DNA of 64,000 bases. Origin: Camelus dromedarius. Its lineage: Eukaryota. Below are positions 39,246 through 52,574 of the stretch, piece after piece. The notes under the pieces are model-generated. The model made no database searches. It had not been told where the DNA came from and saw nothing but the letters and a program-made list of their open reading frames with translations. The position numbers and the translations under genes were made by a program. The stretch lies in the NCBI RefSeq assembly GCF_036321535.1, contig NC_087437.1, forward strand, positions 5,332,001-5,396,000, written 5' to 3'. The stretch's first letter is position 1. Every line of letters begins with the position of its first letter.

Positions 39246-40256
39246 CTGTGATCTGTTGAGCCCCCCACACCCTCCTGCTCAGGCCCTCAGACCAGCTGCT
39301 CCCTCTGCTGGGAGGAGCTCCCATTCGCCCTCTGCAGCCCCCTGAGGCCTTATCCCGCTGGCTCAGCCCAGCCACCTCCTTGATGCCCAGCCACGCCACG
39401 TCTGTGGGCAGCTTCCCTCCCACTCCTGCTTGCCACACTCGTCCAGGAGGAGAGACTCCTGGTTTTGAGGACACAAGGGTGGGGACCCCGGCTATCTTAT
39501 TCTCTGTCCCCTGGCACAGAGTACTATTTCCAGGCCGACAATGACAGCCAACAGTATATTAACTGATTGACTGGTTCTCTAACAAACCATGATCACCCCT
39601 CTAGGCTGGGGAATTGCCAGCTACCTTGGCAGACTGGGGAGGGGACGGCCAGGGAGGCATTAAGCGATGTACACAGCCCCAGTTTGGGCAAGCGCATTCC
39701 TTCTGCGGTAAGTGTCAGCGTACTGAAATGGAGTGCACCCTGCACTTAGCAGGAACCCTCGTAGGGCACAAAGAAAACTTCAAAACCAGACACATTTCTG
39801 GGCAGAAAATGAATCCCCTTCAAATAGGCAATCTTCCCTGGTAAGATCGCAGGCCAGTGGTCATAGGACCATGGCCATGCTCCCACGCCAGGAAAGGAAG
39901 GGGGCTCAGGGCAGTGAAGACCCACAGGGTGAGCAGGAGATGGGATGTGGGAGCTCACACAATCTCAAGGATTTGAGGCGGGGTCCCGGCAGCGGGCCCA
40001 CAGGCCTGTCAGCTGTTAACGCCACTCTGGCCCCGAAAGATAGAGGCCACCATCCTGGGAGGAAGAGGGAACCACCTTGTTCCAGGGTCAAGGCCAGCCT
40101 GAGTGGGAGGGGACTGCCCCCGTGGGGTCACCCAAAGTCCCAGGTCTGAGCAGGCCTGCGGGGTGCAGCCCACCTGCCCTCAGCCAGCCCCGGGCCCGTT
40201 CACTCAGGCAGGGGCTCTGCCAACCCGATCAGTTGTATCCTGACTGCAACACTCAC

Positions 40257-40365
40257 CTTCTTGACGAACTCTGGGATGATTTTTTGGTCTGTCAGGTGGG
40301 CTAGGGAAGAACAGCAATCTAATTCCAAGACGTAGCCTTCACCATGAAGGTCAGCCTTCTGAGAT
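40257..40365 (-). CDS. RFTN1: RFTN1 coding exon (about exon 4), 109 bp
   Basis: Acceptor tctcttttcag|A and donor AAG|GTGAGT. Encodes (R)SQKADLHGEGYVLELDCCSSLAHLTDQKIIPEFVKK, inside track ORF 40200..40385. Confidence 0.97.
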
Positions 40366-40589
40366 CTGAAAAGAGACACACACACAAACTAAGATTCTGC
40401 ACAATATATATATATATATAAAAAAAGAATCACTGGATGTTTCATGAAATCCCAAATTCTTTCCTGAAACTAACTGCCAAAAGGGCACTCCTGAATAACT
40501 AACCTAGGGTGAGCAACTGAAATAATATGCATTATACAACTTAAGATAGACAACTGAAATATATGGAAGATGGATTTACATCCCAGAAA

Positions 40590-41165
40590 GATTCCCAAGA
40601 CATTTCATCAAGGAAAACACATTATAGAATGATGGGTTTAGTACAACATGGAATATTGGGATAAAAAACTGGAATAAAGGAATATGAAAACCATGGACTG
40701 TAGGGACCATTTTACGTGTACAGAGAGAGGAGTCGCCCACCATCCCAAAGGAAATACCAGTGTAAAACTCAGCAATTTGGAGGCTGTGGTGTTTAATATA
40801 GTCAATAAACGATCAACATTGTGCAACTGGGACCAAAACAGTGTGTTGTAATGCATCCAAAATCAACAATAAAATTTTATGTGCTAATGAATACCAATAA
40901 AATAAGTACACACACACACACACATTCCAGTGATGTGTATTTCCCATTGGTTTACATCTGCAAGGGCTTAGAAAAAGAACCAGTAACACACACAGCAAAC
41001 CTATAATAGTGGTGACCTCTGGGGGCACGAGAGGGTCTGGGTGGCAACGGGCGGGATGGTGGTGGTGATCAAAAGTGATTTTAGCGGTATCTCCAACTTT
41101 TTCAACTTTTCTGAAGAGAACTCATTCATAGATCACTTAGAAAATGAAAAATTAATTTTTAAAAG
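40590..41165 (+). mobile_element. Old L1 (L1MC/ME-like) 3' region
   Basis: gggcttagaaaaagaacc...tagtggtgacctctggggg...ggtggtgatcaaaagtgattttag; heavily diverged. Confidence 0.45.
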
Positions 41166-42169
41166 ACTTTTAAAGGGTTCAACCCCTAGAGAGAGCAATC
41201 TGGCAAAATCTATCAAAACTAAAGAGGCAAGAAAGAAAGAATACAAGGCAACCGAAGCAGAAATTCGGGGAAAGAGCGGATGGCAAGGGCTGTTTGGGGC
41301 AAACCCCTTCCAACTTTCAGTAGAGGCAAAGGCGTCCAGTATGCCCTGCCCCTCCCCGCCGGGTGGTGGGGCTGCTCCCCCACCCCCCCTCCCACCCCCA
41401 TCCCCACCATAGAGACACGCACGCACGTGACACAAGGCTGGGGGCTCTCAGGACAACCAGCAGCAAGTGGTCACCAGAAGGAAAGCCCACCACTGCATGC
41501 CACTCCTTTGGGGGTCTTCTGGACAACACTACGTGGGCTGATGGACTCCTGGAAGCCACACAGTTGTCAGACATTCAAGGTGATTTGTTGGCTCGGGAGG
41601 AGGGAGGACGCCAGACAACAGGAAGTGGACAGCAGCGAAGGGTCTCAGGCCCAGCCCTATCCTCATGGGGAGGGGGACTTGGAGACCCCGGCTCAGCTCT
41701 CTAGGCTCACACCACGTGCACAGTGACTCTCCACTGCCCAAGGCAGACCAGGGCCCCCCACAAGCCCAGCCCAGTTAGAAGGATCTCTGCCAAGGAGGGG
41801 CCCCGGCAGCCCCCCCATGAGCACAGGTGTAGCCAGGAAATTCTCAGAGTGGGCAGCTTCACACTGAACTCCTGAGACACGTGCATCCCACCAAATAAAC
41901 CATTTCTGAACGCACGTTTGCTATAATACTTTAAAGACGAATTTCCAGGAGTCTTATATATCATTAAAAGCAATTTAGGCTGCCATTAACCATCTGGGTA
42001 TGAGTCACATGAAATTCAAAAGTGGAAAAATGAAAGAGGATTTGGGTTTCCCCAGGTGTGCGACTGTGGCTGGGTAAGGAAATGCTAATATCTTATTTAG
42101 ATTTTTAGATTTTATTTTTTTCCTCTAACATATCCTTTCAGGGGTAGGGACTGAAGCATCCACTCTTTT

Positions 42170-43115
42170 TTCTTAATTTTTAGAACATTTAAAAAATTCT
42201 AATTTTTTATTGAAGTGCAGTCGATTTACAATGTTAGTTTCAGGTGTACAGCAAAGCAATTCAGTTACACATATATACACGTATGTGTGTATATATATAT
42301 TTTTCAGATTCTTTTCCATTTCAGCTCATTACAAGAAATTGAGAGGCACATACTCTTAAAATGTAAAATATCTCACAGCAATCACTGGAAAAAAATGTAA
42401 AAGAACAAACAGATTCCAAACTGGCCAAACGGTAACAGTGAATTCCGAAAGAATCAACCAGTTCTGAACCCCAGCCTTCTGGCCTTGAAACCCCATCAGA
42501 GACTGAACTCACGTTCTCATTTTTTCCCCACGTTCTTACTCCCACCCCGCCCTACACAAAAGACATATCAAGAGGAACAAAAGCAGAAGATTCCAGACTT
42601 TTGAAAGAGGAGACTTAGCCAAGCTACTGTCATATGCATTATGTGGGGTCTCAGACAATGAAGGCAGGATAGGAGGAGGGAAGTTCTAGAACACGAAATC
42701 CCAGCTGCTGTCATGTGGGGACAAACCTCAGCTGCTACAAGGTTACTGAAAAATACCCACTGCCATTTTAAATGATTCAGCTGAAAAACGGTCATCATTT
42801 AAAATAAGTCAAATCTTTAATCGAAAAGAAATATGAAAATGAATATATGTATGTATCTGCATGACTGAGACATATTGCTGTACACCAGAAATTGACACAT
42901 TGTAACTGACTGTACTTCAATTTAAAAATTAATCAAAAAAAATAAAGTAAGTCAACACTGTGTCCACTCTGTAAAACAGCCACAGAATGAATGGAGAGAA
43001 GACAGAGCTGTCTTATTTTTTTTTTTAATTGAAAGACCATCAGTTACAATGTGTCAATTTCTGGCACACAGCACCATGTCCCAGTGATGCGTATACACAC
43101 ATATATTCGTTTTCA
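42170..43115. mobile_element. Three short L1 3'-end fragments (about 42170-42345 minus, 42820-42950 plus, 43015-43115 minus)
   Basis: Terminal L1 motifs tttacaatgttagtttcaggtgtacagcaaag, tacaccagaaattgacacattgtaactgac and gttacaatgtgtcaatttctgg. Confidence 0.75.
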
Positions 43116-43724
43116 TAGGGACCAGCCTGTCTTTAAGCAACTCACAGCCCAGACACACGAAGGGCAGTCGTTAGCACTGGATCTAATAACCATCAGTGCT
43201 GGTTCTGGAACAAGGAGTATTCTAAGGAGGGCAGCTCTGGTTCATTTCTCAGATAATTAACTCGGTTACATCTGAACTGAAAGGAGCACAGAAGAGTGAT
43301 AAAAATGGGCATTATTACAAATTTTCTAGATGAAACATGAAAACTCACATCTCGGCCTTTGGGCTCCATACATACTGGGCGATAAGTAAGCAACTCAGGT
43401 CCTCCCTTGCCTTTAGGAGTTACCTCCAGAGCTCAAAGTGAAAGGGCTGGAACTCGGAACAGTGGCTGATGGGCGCGAGGTGGCAAGGACCCCTGAACGC
43501 TCTGAGGACGGGTGCTGGCGGCCCAAGCCCTCAAGCCCGCGTCTGTGAGGGTGCGGGGCCAGGGCTGGGTGGGCGGACAGTCCCACAGAGATCCTCCTCC
43601 CTGCCCCGAGCCCTGTGAACAACAGCGTCAAATCCACACAAGCTTGCAGCTTGCCTGCTGGGCTGCCAGAAGGAGTTTCTGGGCTCCTCAGCAAGGGCAG
43701 GGGGAGGCTAGTAGACACGGCTGC

Positions 43725-44219
43725 TGTGATGGACGTGCCCTGAGGGGACCCCTTGTGACCTCCCCCTTCTGGTGTCTGTGTCTTTGTACAAACCCTCCCC
43801 TTGCATGGGGGCAGGACATGCGACTCACTTCTAACCCGCAGAACGAGGCAAAGGGACAGATGTCACTTGCATGCTGATGTTACACCATGAGACACCATCT
43901 TGGCGGATGAGACCGAGACACTGCCCTTGCCGGCTGCCAGGCACTAAGGGGGCTGTGTAGGCAGCCAGCAAGAAACTGGGGTTTCAGCCCTGGGACTCCA
44001 AGGAGGTGAGTTCTGCCCACCATTGACGGGAGCCTGGGAGCAGATCTTTCCCCAGTCGAGCCTCTGACAAGACTGCAGCCCCAGCCAATGCCTCAGCTGC
44101 ACCTGAAGACACCCGAAGCAGAGACCCCAGAAAAGCTACAGAAACTGAGATAATGAAGGTATGCTGCTCGAGCCACTACGTTTGTGGTCATTTATTACAG
44201 AGTGCAGAAAACCAATACA
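43725..44219 (+). mobile_element. MLT1E/D-like MaLR solo LTR
   Basis: tgtgatggac start and gaaaaccaataca end with flanks gctgc/gttgc; internal gcagatctttccccagtcgagcctctga. Confidence 0.8.
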
Positions 44220-44789
44220 GTTGCCAAGGAGGAAGACATGGCAGCTTCACGCACAGATCAAGCCTCCCATGGGTGGCCAGGCCCAGGACCATGCCCCCAG
44301 ATCCAGCCAGACCCCTGAGAACAGCCTGCAGTAGGTGATGAGTGTCTCATGTCCTGGAGGGCAAGGATCACTCTGGCATCAGGAAGCAGGCATGTCCTAG
44401 AAGGGGCTACAGGAACCAAGGCCTGGCCCCCAAGGGACCACAGCACAGGAGAGCGGGTATCATGCAGTCAGTCAAGTTCCTGAGAATCGCCCGCTGAGCA
44501 GGCATTTGACACCCTTGCGTAGGGGGAGGGAAACCCCATGTATGTTTCCCCAAATGCCATGTCCTTGTGTTGTCTTGGAAAAGGATACTGGAAAGCACCA
44601 AACTTCCCCTGGACTGAAGCCCAGATGGCTTCCACTTACAGACAGGGCAGAAAGGTCTGGATTGAATCAGTAAGAAAAAAGAGGGACACAGAATGCATTT
44701 CTGGAGATGCAGGATTAACTACCAGCAGAAGCCTCCCTTAACTAGAAATTAATACCTAGTACACTGAGATTAAATGCACACACTCTGAG

Positions 44790-45422
44790 CTAGCTATGCT
44801 CCAGCAATCCCACTCCTGTGCATACATCTGGAAAAGATGAAAGTTCCAATTTGAAAAGATATGTGTGCCCCAATGGTCACAGTAGCACTATTTATAATAC
44901 CCAAGACATGGAAACAGCCTAAATGTCCACTGACAGATGACTGGATAAAAAAGCTGTGGTACGTATGTACGACTGGACTACTACTCAGCCACAAAAAAGA
45001 ATAAAATAATGCCATTTGCAGCAACATGGATGGACCTGGAGATCGTCATTCTAAGTGAAGTAAGACAGAAAGAAAGAAAAATACCATATGATATTACTCA
45101 TATGTGGAATCTAAAAAAATGAGACAAATGAACTTATTTACAGAACAGAAACAGACTCACAGACATAGAAAACAAACTTATGGTTATCAGGTGGGGAAAG
45201 AGGGGGGATGGAGGTCGGGATCTGCAGATACAAACTACAATATATAAACTAGATAAACAAAAAGGTCCTACTGTACAGCACAGGGAACTATATTCAGTAT
45301 CTTGTAATAGCCTACAATGAAAAAAATGAAAAGGAATATATATGCTCATGTATAATTGAATCACTATGCTGTACACCAGAAACTAACATAACATGGTAAA
45401 TCAACTCTACTTCAATAAAAAG
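44790..45422 (+). mobile_element. L1 3' fragment
   Basis: ccagcaatcccactcctg...gccatttgcagcaacatggatggacctggagatcgtcattctaagtgaag...cttcaataaaa. Confidence 0.9.
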
Positions 45423-45511
45423 ACCTCGGACCAATTTCAAATCCTGGGGCTCCCACCTGTACACACTGGAGAGTTGAGAGGGGTTAATTCCCAGCCATTC
45501 CAAAGGAATTT

Positions 45512-45682
45512 CTTTTTTTTAATTTTTCTTTATTCTTAAAAAAAAATTTGGGGGTGGGGCAGGTCATTAGGTCTATTTGTTAATTTATTATTATTATTTT
45601 TTTTAATGGAGGTACTGGGGATTGAACCCAGGACCTCATGCATGCTAAGCATGTGCTCTACCACTGAGCTATACCCTCTCCT
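45512..45682 (-). mobile_element. Vic-1-like SINE, little diverged
   Basis: Reverse complement reads gggtatagctcagtggtagagcacatgcttagcatgcatgaggtcctgggttcaatccccagtacctcca. Confidence 0.92.
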
Positions 45683-46786
45683 TGAGAGTTTCTAAAAGGA
45701 AGAGGAAATGAAAGGCTACTACTGAGCAGAGATGCAACGTCCTGAAAGCCAAGGATGACTAAGACAAATTCTTATTGTCATCTCTCAGAAGATGACAAAT
45801 CTTCAAGAAAAAAGACCAGATTTTAAGGAAGTGTAAGACTGGAGAACTTAATCTGTGCTTCTTGTTGGTTAGAAAAACTCAAAAATCCTTCCCACTCCCT
45901 GCTCTCCTCACTCTTCTTATATGTTACAGTAGCAAAATACACATCATATAATATGACCATGTTAGCCATTTCTGCGTGCACATTCAGTGTCGTTAAATAC
46001 ATTCAGCATGTCACCACTCTCCATTTCCACAACTTTCTCAGCATCCTGAACCGCTGTCCTCAGTCCTTTGGCACCTTACAAATGGGACTTGGGCCACAAA
46101 GGAAAGTGAATACATAGGAAAATTCAGATCAATGCTTGTCAAACAAACACATAAAGGCAGATTCAGACCCTGAGCATTTGTGCACAAGTCTTTGCTAACC
46201 GTAAATGTGCACAGCAAAGAGCCCATGTGCTGAAGCCCCTTAGGGGCCAACACATCTAACACCAGCTGTCAGAGTTGTTTAAGACCATGATAAAAGACCA
46301 CCAATTCCATGCCACGCTGACCTCATTACTCAGACACAGACATCAACTGTCATTAAAAAACTGTGCACAAACTCACTCACGTCACACCTATCACGTCTGC
46401 CAAGGGCTGTGTGGTCACTGACCAGGCAGCCGGAGGGTCCGAAGGTCAAACCCAGGGATGCAAATTCCAAGGTCCCCAAACACTGAGTGAAAGAGGATTT
46501 TTTTTTTTTTGACCAAAATACAGGATCTAGATACTTTGTTCTCATATAAAAGCTACAGGAATGGTCTCTCTGTCTGCCAAGAAATGTGCTCTCTCCTATT
46601 TTTCTCCCGTTCCTATCTCTGAGAGCCACGTGGCTGCAGAGAAACTGGACCACCAGGAGACCAGTCCCAGGGCAGGAGTGAAGTCACGTGGCCAGACCGA
46701 GTCACCACCGTAGCAGGGAGATGCTGGGGTGAGCTGGGCGGTTTCTAATGGCAGCCAATACTAGGAATTCCAGGCCAGGGCTGCCA

Positions 46787-46970
46787 GCTCTCTCTCTCTC
46801 TTTCTTTCTCTCCTTCCTCTCCTTCCTCTCCTTCCTCTCCTTCCTCCCCTTCCTTCCTTCCTTCCTTCCTTCCTCTCCTTCCTCTCCTTCCTCTCCTTCC
46901 TCCCCTTCCTTCCTTCCTTCCTTCCTTCCTTCCTTCCTTCCTTCCTTCCTTCCTTCCTTCCTTCCTTTCC
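46787..46970. repeat. Compound polypyrimidine microsatellite: (CT)n, (TCCTTCCTC)n, (CCTT)n
   Basis: About 180 bp consisting only of C and T on the plus strand. Confidence 0.97.
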
Positions 46971-46999
46971 ACCTTTTATAATGGCATGATTCCTGTGCA

Positions 47000-47330
47000 G
47001 GAAGCCACACGTATTTCAGATGTACGATTTGATGAATTCTGACAGATATGTACACCCATGAAACCACCACCACAATCAAGATAGGTAACATTTCCATCAC
47101 TCCCTAAGAGGTGCAATTTTCGAATTCCCAGTTTATCTCTTCCCACTCCTGTTACCCCGGTAACCATAAGTTTGTTCTCTATGTCTGTTAGTCTGTTTAT
47201 GTTTTGTAAATAAGTTCATTTGTGTCTTTTTAAAAAAAACTTCACGTATAAATAATATCATATGGTATTTTTCTTTCCCTTTCTGGCTTACTTCACTTTA
47301 AACGACAATCTCCAGGTCCATCCATGTGGC
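47000..47330 (-). mobile_element. Old L1M 3' end (about 47000-47105) abutting a younger L1 fragment (about 47120-47330)
   Basis: tgtacacccatgaaaccaccaccacaatcaagata, then ggtaaccataagtttgttctctatgtctg...ggtccatccatgt. Confidence 0.75.
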
Positions 47331-48518
47331 TGATCTTCTAATTTCTTTTAAAAGAAGTCATCACCCCATGTTTTCATGTTGGCCACCACTGTCAAACTGT
47401 GGCTCCAAACGATGTTTATTGCTATTATGTAGGCCAACATCTTTGGGATTGAATTTGACCTCTTGGCCACGAGTCCTTGGCCTCTGGGTTCCATACACCA
47501 CACTCCAGCGTGAGTCACAGAAGGCTAGGTGCCAGGCAAGGGGTAAGAGCAAACAGATTATCTAATTGCATCATAACCAGAATAATGACCCATACACCCG
47601 ACCCTGGTATTTCAACCCCTGTAAAAACTTGGCAGACTCTCCGCCTCCACGCTTCGCTCCCCTCGACCACAGCAGGGACATCAACACAGCCCCTGTCTGC
47701 TCTCACAGGCGCTGGACACAACCTTTTCTAAGCCATAAAAACAACGTGTTTGCGACCAAAGCCTGGAACGCTGATGGGTGCTTTAAACCTTCCAAATCGT
47801 CGCAGGCCAAAGGGTTCATCCTCAAACAATTCTGATGTAATGCCAAGCACTGAACTGAATACCCGATCTGGTCTCACGGGCAGATCTGAAATCAGGCCAG
47901 TAAAAAGCCAATGCCCGTTGGGAAAAAAAAAAAAAAAAGGATTATAAACTATACTTTTAAACAATAAACATGTTAATAAAAACTATCACACACGCTTCTT
48001 TTAAATAATAAACATGTAACAGATCTCACATCAACTCATTAATCCCTCAGATAGCTTCAAAGACCACGAGTTGAAACATCTTTTTCCCAGGGCATGAGGC
48101 ACAGTTTGAACTTGAGTTATAGAAAGAGAGGAGACAGAATGTGCAGTCCATCAATAGGGCTATTTTTGCTTCATGGAGAAATAATCAGAAAGAAATAGTG
48201 ACAAACACTAAACTTGGATTACTAGGCACTTGTCCAATGAGAGAAAAAAAAATCACTAAATGTCAGTTGACAGGAACAAATTCTCTATCTCTGGGAGACG
48301 GGAAGGAATTTGAAGATGGGTATCTCAAGGCAATGCCAGGTTCAAGCATAATGATCAGAACGACTTTTTTTTTTTACAAGGAGTAGTAGGAAGAAAAATG
48401 AACTGCAGATCTAAAAAAGATCTGTCAGTGTAAGGAAAAGAAGGTTTTTTCCAGTTTCAGGACATTATATAAAACGAATGACATAAAAAAATCCATTCAT
48501 TCATTGCTTCACCTTTTT

Positions 48519-49517
48519 CTGAATTGAAGTGTAAGTTGATTTACAATGTTGTGTTAGTATCTGCTGTGCAGCATAGTGATTCAGTTATACATTTATATTC
48601 TTTCTCATTATAGTTATTACAAGACATTGAATATAGTTCCCTGTGTTGTACAGTAGGACCTCGCTGTTTACCTATTTTATATACAGTAGCTTGTATCTGC
48701 GAATCCCAAACTCCCCTACCTCCACTTTTCCCTTTGATAATCTTAAGTTTTTTTCTAGGTTTGTGAGTCTGTTTCTGTTCTGTAAGTAAGTACATTTGTC
48801 TTTTTTTTAGATTCCACATATAAGTGATATCTTATGGTATTTTTCTTTCTCTGCCTGACTTCACTTAGTATGATAATCTCTAGGTCCATCCATGTTGCTG
48901 CAAATGGCATTATTTTATTCTTTTTTATGGCTGAGTAGTATCCCACAGGTTCTTTATCCAGTCATCTGTCAATGGATATTTAGGTAGCTTCCATGTCTTG
49001 CCTATTGTAAATAGTGCTACTATGAACACTGGGGTGCATGAATCTTTTTGAATTAGAGTTCCCTATGGATATATGCCCAGGAGTGGGATTGCTGGATCAT
49101 AGGGCAAGTCTATTTTTAGTTTTCTGAGGAATCTCCATATTGTTTTCCATAAAGGCTGCACCAAATGACATTCCCGCCAAGTGTCCCAGTTCTCCACACC
49201 CTCTCCAGCATTTATTATTTATAACCTTCTGAATGATGGCCATTCTGACAGGTGTGAGGTGATACCTCACTGTAGTGCTGACTTGCATTTCTCTGACAAT
49301 TAGCAATACTGAGCATTTTTTCATGTGCCTATTGGCCATCTTTATGTCTTCATTGGAGAAATGTCTGTTCAGGTCTTTTACACATTTTTTGATTGTGTTG
49401 CTTGTTTTTTTGTTATTAGGTTGTATGAGCTGTTTATATATTCTGGAAATTAAGCCCTTGTCGGTTGCATCATTTGCAAATATTTTCTTCCAGTCTGTAG
49501 GTTGTCTTTTTGTTCTG
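48519..49517 (-). mobile_element. About 1.0-kb 5'-truncated L1
   Basis: Track ORF 49097..49549 matches L1 ORF2 C-terminal region ([28 protein letters not shown]...CWRGCGE). 19-bp imperfect TSD at 48500-48518 and 49518-49536. Confidence 0.92.
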
Positions 49518-49604
49518 TTCATGGCATCACCTTCTTGACCACTGATCACACGTAGGGCAGGAGTTAGAGCCTGCCCTCAAGAAACTTAGAGTCTTGTATC
49601 CCAC

Positions 49605-50050
49605 TCAGTGAAAGAAGTCAGCCAGAGAAAGGCAAATACTGCATCTTATCACTTATATGTGGAATCTAGAAAATAGAACAAATTAGTGACTATAACAAAA
49701 AAGAAGCAGACTCACAGATATGGAGAACAAACTAGTGGTTACCACTGGGGAGAGGGAAAGGGAGAGGATTGAGAGGCACAAACAATTGGGTATAAAGTGA
49801 GGTATAAGGATATACTGTACAACATGGGGAATACAGCCCATATTTTATAATAACTATAAATAGAGTATAACCTTTAAAAATTGTGAATCACTATGTTGTA
49901 CAGCTGAAACTTACATAGCTTTGTAAATCAACTGTGCCTCAATAATAAAAATATTTTTAAGTAACAAAAAATAAATAAATTTAATTAAATAAATAAAATT
50001 TAAAAATAAAATAAATGATTAAATAAAAATAATTATAATAAAAAATTATA
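49605..50050 (+). mobile_element. L1 3' fragment with degenerate A-rich tail
   Basis: tcacttatatgtggaatctag...agactcacagatatggagaacaaactagtggttacc...AT-rich tail. Confidence 0.85.
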
Positions 50051-50054
50051 ATTT

Positions 50055-50925
50055 TTTTGGTTTCATTGATTCTCTTTATTGTTTTCTTGTCTTTAATTTC
50101 ATTGATTTGTGCTCCCACTTTCATTATTTATTTTCTTCTGCTTGCTTTAGGTTATATAGCTCTTCTTTCTCTAGTTTCCTAAGGTGGAAGTTCAAACTAC
50201 TGATTTTGGATTGGTTTTCTTTTCTAATACATGGGTTCAATGACATAAATTTCTAAATACTGCTTTTCTGCATCACACAAGTTTTGATAAGTTATATTTT
50301 TATTTTCACTTAGTTCAAAATATTTTTCAACTCCTCTTGAGATTTCTTCTTCATCTCGTGTTATTTAGAAGTGCACTGCTCCATCTTCAAATGTTCTGGA
50401 ATTTTCCAATTACCTCCTAGAAATAGATCTACTTTAATTCCATTCTGGTCTGAGAATACAGTTTATGTGATCTCAGTTCTTTTAAATTTGTTAAGCTATG
50501 TCTTAGGGCCCAGAATGTGGTCTATCTTGGTAAATGTTCCATGGGAGTTGAAAGTAGTATGTTCTGCTGCTGTTGGATGAAGCAGTCTGCAGATGTCAGT
50601 TACAGCCAGGGGACTGAGGATGCTGTTCAGCTCTTCTGTCTTCACAGATTTTCACCCGATTGGATCTACCAATTACCAGTAGAGCAACACTGAAGTCTCC
50701 AACTATGATAGTGGATTCATCTATTTCTTCTTGCAGATCTGTCAGTTTTGGCCTCCTGTTGTTAAGTGTATAAATACTGAAGATTGTTGTGTCTTCTTGG
50801 AGAATTGACTCATTTTTCCTTATGCAATGCCCCTCTTCATCCCTGGTAATTTTCCTTGATCTGAAGCTTGCTTTGTCTGAAATTAAGGTAGCTACTTGAG
50901 TTTTTAACCGCGCTAGCATGGTATT
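50055..50925 (-). mobile_element. Old L1 ORF2 endonuclease-region fossil
   Basis: Track ORF 50596..50919 reads VATLISDKASFRSRKITRDEEGHCI...IDESTIIVGDFS, degenerate L1 APE endonuclease motifs. Confidence 0.85.
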
Positions 50926-52574
50926 TAATAAATAATGAATTTTTAAAAATAATTTTAGAAAAAGAAAGAGAGTCTATGGGCCTCTAACTATCCAATATTG
51001 CTCTTTATTCTAACCACACAGAAGTGCTATGAAAGCTCCATTGTTTCCAGGGATCAGGGAAATTTTTAAAAAGTTTAAGAAGCATGTAAGTGAAGTCTTT
51101 GAAGCTGTGTGAAAATTCACCGGGGGACAATGGATAAAATGGTATTTCAGGCATTGAGAACAGGAATTAGGAGGGCTTGTAGATGAAAAACAAGCATGAG
51201 CTGCAGGATGGAAATAATCAATAGGTCAGTTTGGTGAAAGACAGGTAAAAGTGAGGCTTGCCTACTACAACTCAGCTGGGTCAGTAACCACGAGCTAAGG
51301 AACGTATGGTGAACCTGCTGTTGGAACGGATGGCTGCGGGGTGCTCGGCAGGGGCTGGGGAGGAAGTGAGAGCTGGGGTTAGAAGAAGAGGATGGGGGTT
51401 GTTGAGACAGGACAGGACCAACGTTCACTTTGAGCTGAAGGGAGTCACGGTGGCCTCAAGTAAAGAATATACCAGAACAGACTCAAAAGGACCAAGCCAG
51501 GGGCACTCTGTAGGACGCGGGAGAAGCCTCCTTTAGTAGGGCAGAAATGAGAGCTAGGATTTCCACAGAGGGAGTGAATTTTAGATGTTTCTTGTCTCTG
51601 CTCATTGGTGGTGGCCGGGGTGGGGGAAGGGGATAAACTACTGCTCCCCAAAGATGCTCTCAGATCCACCGGGAAAAGAGATCTCATCATCTCTATGACC
51701 TCCTCTTTGCAAAATCAACCGAATCTACAAAAAAAAAAAAAAAAAAAAAAAAAGCTGCTGGAGTCAAAAGTTTCCCCTAATAGTGAAGCTTAAGAAATGC
51801 TTAAGGAAAAAAACCAAAAAAAGCCAAGTTAAATTCTCGTGACCGAACTACCAAGTTTATCTCCGGGAACATTCCAGAAATGACAGGGGAGATGTGCAAC
51901 TGATACCTAACCACACACTCTCTGGGGAGCCGTGCACCGACACGAGGGTGCATGTCCCTGCCAACACCCCCCGAGCCAGGGCTGCTGTTTCTTCTAGAGA
52001 AATCTTGCCACATCCTGTCTCGCCGTCTGCAGCCGGAGCCACCTCTCTGGCAGATAAGGCACCAGCGAGCACACAACGCTTGGAGTTCACCTTTAGCCTT
52101 AAAACGCAAGGCAAGGGTACCAAACACACCAGCTTTGCCCCACTGGTCCCTGTGTCGTGCAGCTGGGAAAGGAATCCAGCCCCCACCCAACTGGATGACA
52201 GCAAACAGAGCGACCACCACAAGAAATGGGACTCGGGGCCAGGTCCTGCTTCCTCGTGACTCTGGTAAGGCTCCTCCTGGCTCTGGAAGATGGAGAAGGG
52301 ACTGACTGCGGCATTAATGCGTAAATAATAATTTATCACAAACATAACACTGAATAAAGGCAGGTCTGCCTGGTATTAACTGGTTCAGAAAAGTCATACT
52401 ATTTGCAAACAAAAATCACAACAGTAGCTGCCCACATGAATGCCCCTTACTCACTGGCCACAGCCAGCTGAGTGACAGGGAAGTCTCTTAATTTACATTT
52501 CATGCACACGTCCCAGTTAGAGTTTGCTTCTCAGTCCTGTCTGTTCTGGGTCCTGCTACGTGCACCCTCTGACT

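Noticed and set aside
45604..45682. tRNA-Ala(AGC)-like genes (this and the other SINE heads)
   Set aside because: They have A-rich tails, TSDs, many diverged copies and imperfect stems, so they are SINE heads and not tRNA genes.
46702..47100. Charged or repetitive ORFs (RKEG and FLPS repeats)
   Set aside because: They are translations of the CT-rich microsatellite.
49097..49549. 150-aa ORF as a host gene or active retroelement
   Set aside because: It is a 5'-truncated, degenerate L1 ORF2 remnant with no ORF1, promoter or RT domain.
50040..50057. 18-bp perfect AT palindrome
   Set aside because: It lies in a degenerate L1 A-tail meeting a T-rich L1 segment, so it is low-complexity coincidence.
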